In this document: piece by piece, positions 36,586-38,361 of the stretch | Position numbering within the stretch: position 1 is the stretch's first letter | How the letters are laid out: each line of letters starts with the position of its first letter | Assembly (NCBI GenBank): GCA_048939995.1 | Contig: JBHLOY010000016.1 | Span: 1 to 38,361, forward strand | Source of the DNA: Promethearchaeota archaeon | GTDB taxonomy: Archaea; Asgardarchaeota; Lokiarchaeia; Sigyniarchaeales; SOKP01 | Reading direction: 5' to 3' | DNA: 38,361 bases | Program-made: the position numbers and the translations under genes | Notes under the pieces: model-generated | Told to the model about the DNA's origin: nothing | Databases searched by the model: none | What the model saw: only the letters and a program-made list of their open reading frames with translations

Positions 36586-38361
36586 TTATAATGATGAAAA
36601 AAGAATATATCCCCAGTTAACAATTCCTCCAATAAGTAAAGCTATGGCAATTTCCATTGCTGAAATCTTTAGTGCATATTTCCAATTTGTCTGTTTAGCA
36701 ATAATGATAATAGTTGCGAAACATGGAATATAAAGCATTGTTACTAAACTAAACACAATCATCTGAATAGGAGTTAAAAGTTCTAAAAGAGAAAGTCCCA
36801 AATTCCCTGCGAAGATAGCTAGAAGAACAAGTGTCAATTCTTTACGTAAGATTCCATATATTAAAAAAATACCAGCGGCAGCAGGCAATCCTAACCATAA
36901 TACGGATATTGGGGAAACTATCAGATTTATTGGTTCCAACGCATTAAAGATCAACAGAATTTCTAAAACTATTCCTAAAATAACTATTATTGGAAGTGCT
37001 CTAAAAATAAATTCTTTACTTCTTAGCCATGTCTGCTTTGCTATAACATTATGATTTGGTATACGATAATCATGCATTTCCATAATTAATTCTGTACATT
37101 CTCCGGGCATTATTTTATTTAGAATTCTACCAACAATTAGGATAACTGCAAAATTTATAGCAAAAAGAAAGACAACCCATCCAAATCCCAAATATCGTCC
37201 AACCAGTCCCATAACCACAGTCATTGTTGCAGCACACGGTATCAGAGAAGTCAAAACAATAGAAATTTTCTTTTCCCTTTGTGTTTCCATAATTCTGCAG
37301 CCTGCACAAGCAGGTACGTTACAGCCAAACCCTAATATCATTGGAATTATGGTTTTTCCGTGGACTCCAATTATATGCATAATTCTATCCATTAAAAATG
37401 CTGCTCGTGGTAAATATCCAGAATCTTGTAAAACTTCAATTATGAAGAAAAATGGGATCACATAAACTAAAACGCCTCCAATTGCCCCTATTAATCCTCC
37501 CATCCCTCCATCCCAAAGTATTTTTATAATTAAATTATTTTCTCCAAATAATGAATAAATTCCATTAGTCCAAACAACATACCAACTATCAACCATCTCA
37601 CCAAGAAAATCACCTATTGTAAAAGTAAACATATAGATTCCAATTACTACTAAAATTAAGATAAGATAGCCAAATATGGAATGAGTGGTAAGATGATCAA
37701 TTTTATCAGACATTGATAATTTTTTAGCTTGCTTTCCTGATTTTACAATTAAAACCTGGTGTATAACTTTATTAATGTTATTATAAATTTCTGAAGAGAT
37801 TATAGTACTAATATCTTCACCATGAAGTTCTTCAAGTTCATTCCTTAAGTTGTTAGCTATTTGAATTACCTTCGATGATATTTCATTATCTAGAAATAAT
37901 TTTTTAATTTCTTCATCATCTTCTAGGAGCTTTATTGCTAAAAATCTTAAAGGATAATGAAAATTAGATAAAAAATCTTGATTGGCATTAAAATACTTAG
38001 CAAGTTCTTTAATTTTTATCTCAACTTCTTTTCCAAAAGAAAGTATATTTGATAATTCGGGGAATAAAAATTCATGATTTAATGGAAATTGTTTTTTAAC
38101 CTTTCTATGAAAATAGCTCTGATTATAATCATGATGATATTCTTTTCTCCGTTTGCTTCTACCGTTATGAGGATGTGAATGGGAAGGATAATTTATTTTA
38201 GGGTGATTCACTAGCACTTCTATTGCCTCTTCAAGAAGTTGATGAACTCCTTTTCCATGTACAGCAATTACGGGTATAACTGGTATTTGAAAAAAATCTT
38301 CTAATTTTTTAAAATCCAAATCAATATTTCTCTTGTGTAAGAGATCCATTTGATTGATTGC
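36586..38361 (-). CDS. feoB: Ferrous iron transporter FeoB, partial (N-terminal G domain is outside the window)
   Basis: AINQMD G4 motif at the window edge; QDSGYLPRAAFLMDR, GFGCNVPA, IPCAA, MEMHDYRIP, RKE and LYIPCFAT motifs. Confidence 0.95.
   Translation of the reverse strand, partial: AINQMDLLHKRNIDLDFKKLEDFFQIPVIPVIAVHGKGVHQLLEEAIEVLVNHPKINYPSHSHPHNGRSKRRKEYHHDYNQSYFHRKVKKQFPLNHEFLFPELSNILSFGKEVEIKIKELAKYFNANQDFLSNFHYPLRFLAIKLLEDDEEIKKLFLDNEISSKVIQIANNLRNELEELHGEDISTIISSEIYNNINKVIHQVLIVKSGKQAKKLSMSDKIDHLTTHSIFGYLILILVVIGIYMFTFTIGDFLGEMVDSWYVVWTNGIYSLFGENNLIIKILWDGGMGGLIGAIGGVLVYVIPFFFIIEVLQDSGYLPRAAFLMDRIMHIIGVHGKTIIPMILGFGCNVPACAGCRIMETQREKKISIVLTSLIPCAATMTVVMGLVGRYLGFGWVVFLFAINFAVILIVGRILNKIMPGECTELIMEMHDYRIPNHNVIAKQTWLRSKEFIFRALPIIVILGIVLEILLIFNALEPINLIVSPISVLWLGLPAAAGIFLIYGILRKELTLVLLAIFAGNLGLSLLELLTPIQMIVFSLVTMLYIPCFATIIIIAKQTNWKYALKISAMEIAIALLIGGIVNWGYILFSSL

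Noticed and set aside
1419-37309. Short ORFs nested in or antisense to long genes (for example 1419, 5470, 6574, 11732, 12149, 14893, 15829-17845 set, 19666, 23181, 24412, 25375, 29591, 29978, 36107, 37127)
   Set aside because: Shadow frames of well-supported genes.

Overview
AT-rich (by eye) archaeal DNA. The gene set points to an Asgard archaeon of the Lokiarchaeia type (inference): a giant DUF2341/LamG surface protein, membrane proteins with longin-like and PCI-like domains, a Rab-like GTPase, and a 'KINQYITLRLENGRTYIYING...QC' domain protein. It is an accessory region with no rRNA, tRNA or CRISPR array seen. Recognisable genes are a HEAT-repeat protein, a CotA/bilirubin-oxidase-type multicopper oxidase, an RNase J-like beta-CASP metallo-hydrolase, a solo TnpB-family nuclease followed by a DUF6011 zinc-finger gene, a SAM methyltransferase plus HgcAB-like corrinoid/ferredoxin fusion, a nidogen-like surface protein, a hemerythrin and a partial feoB. 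The main highlights are: (1) the methyltransferase + HgcAB-like operon with a non-canonical NVWCGAC cap helix; (2) a transposase-less TnpB with His at the RuvC-III position, no zinc finger, hairpins inside its 3' coding region and a large upstream palindrome; (3) five pairs of direct repeats of different divergence, 2-8 kb apart, that bracket cargo genes; (4) membrane-tethered eukaryote-like modules (longin, pseudo-Rab, PCI-like); (5) two genes whose frames extend upstream to non-canonical starts. All family calls rest on motif recognition by eye, not on database searches.
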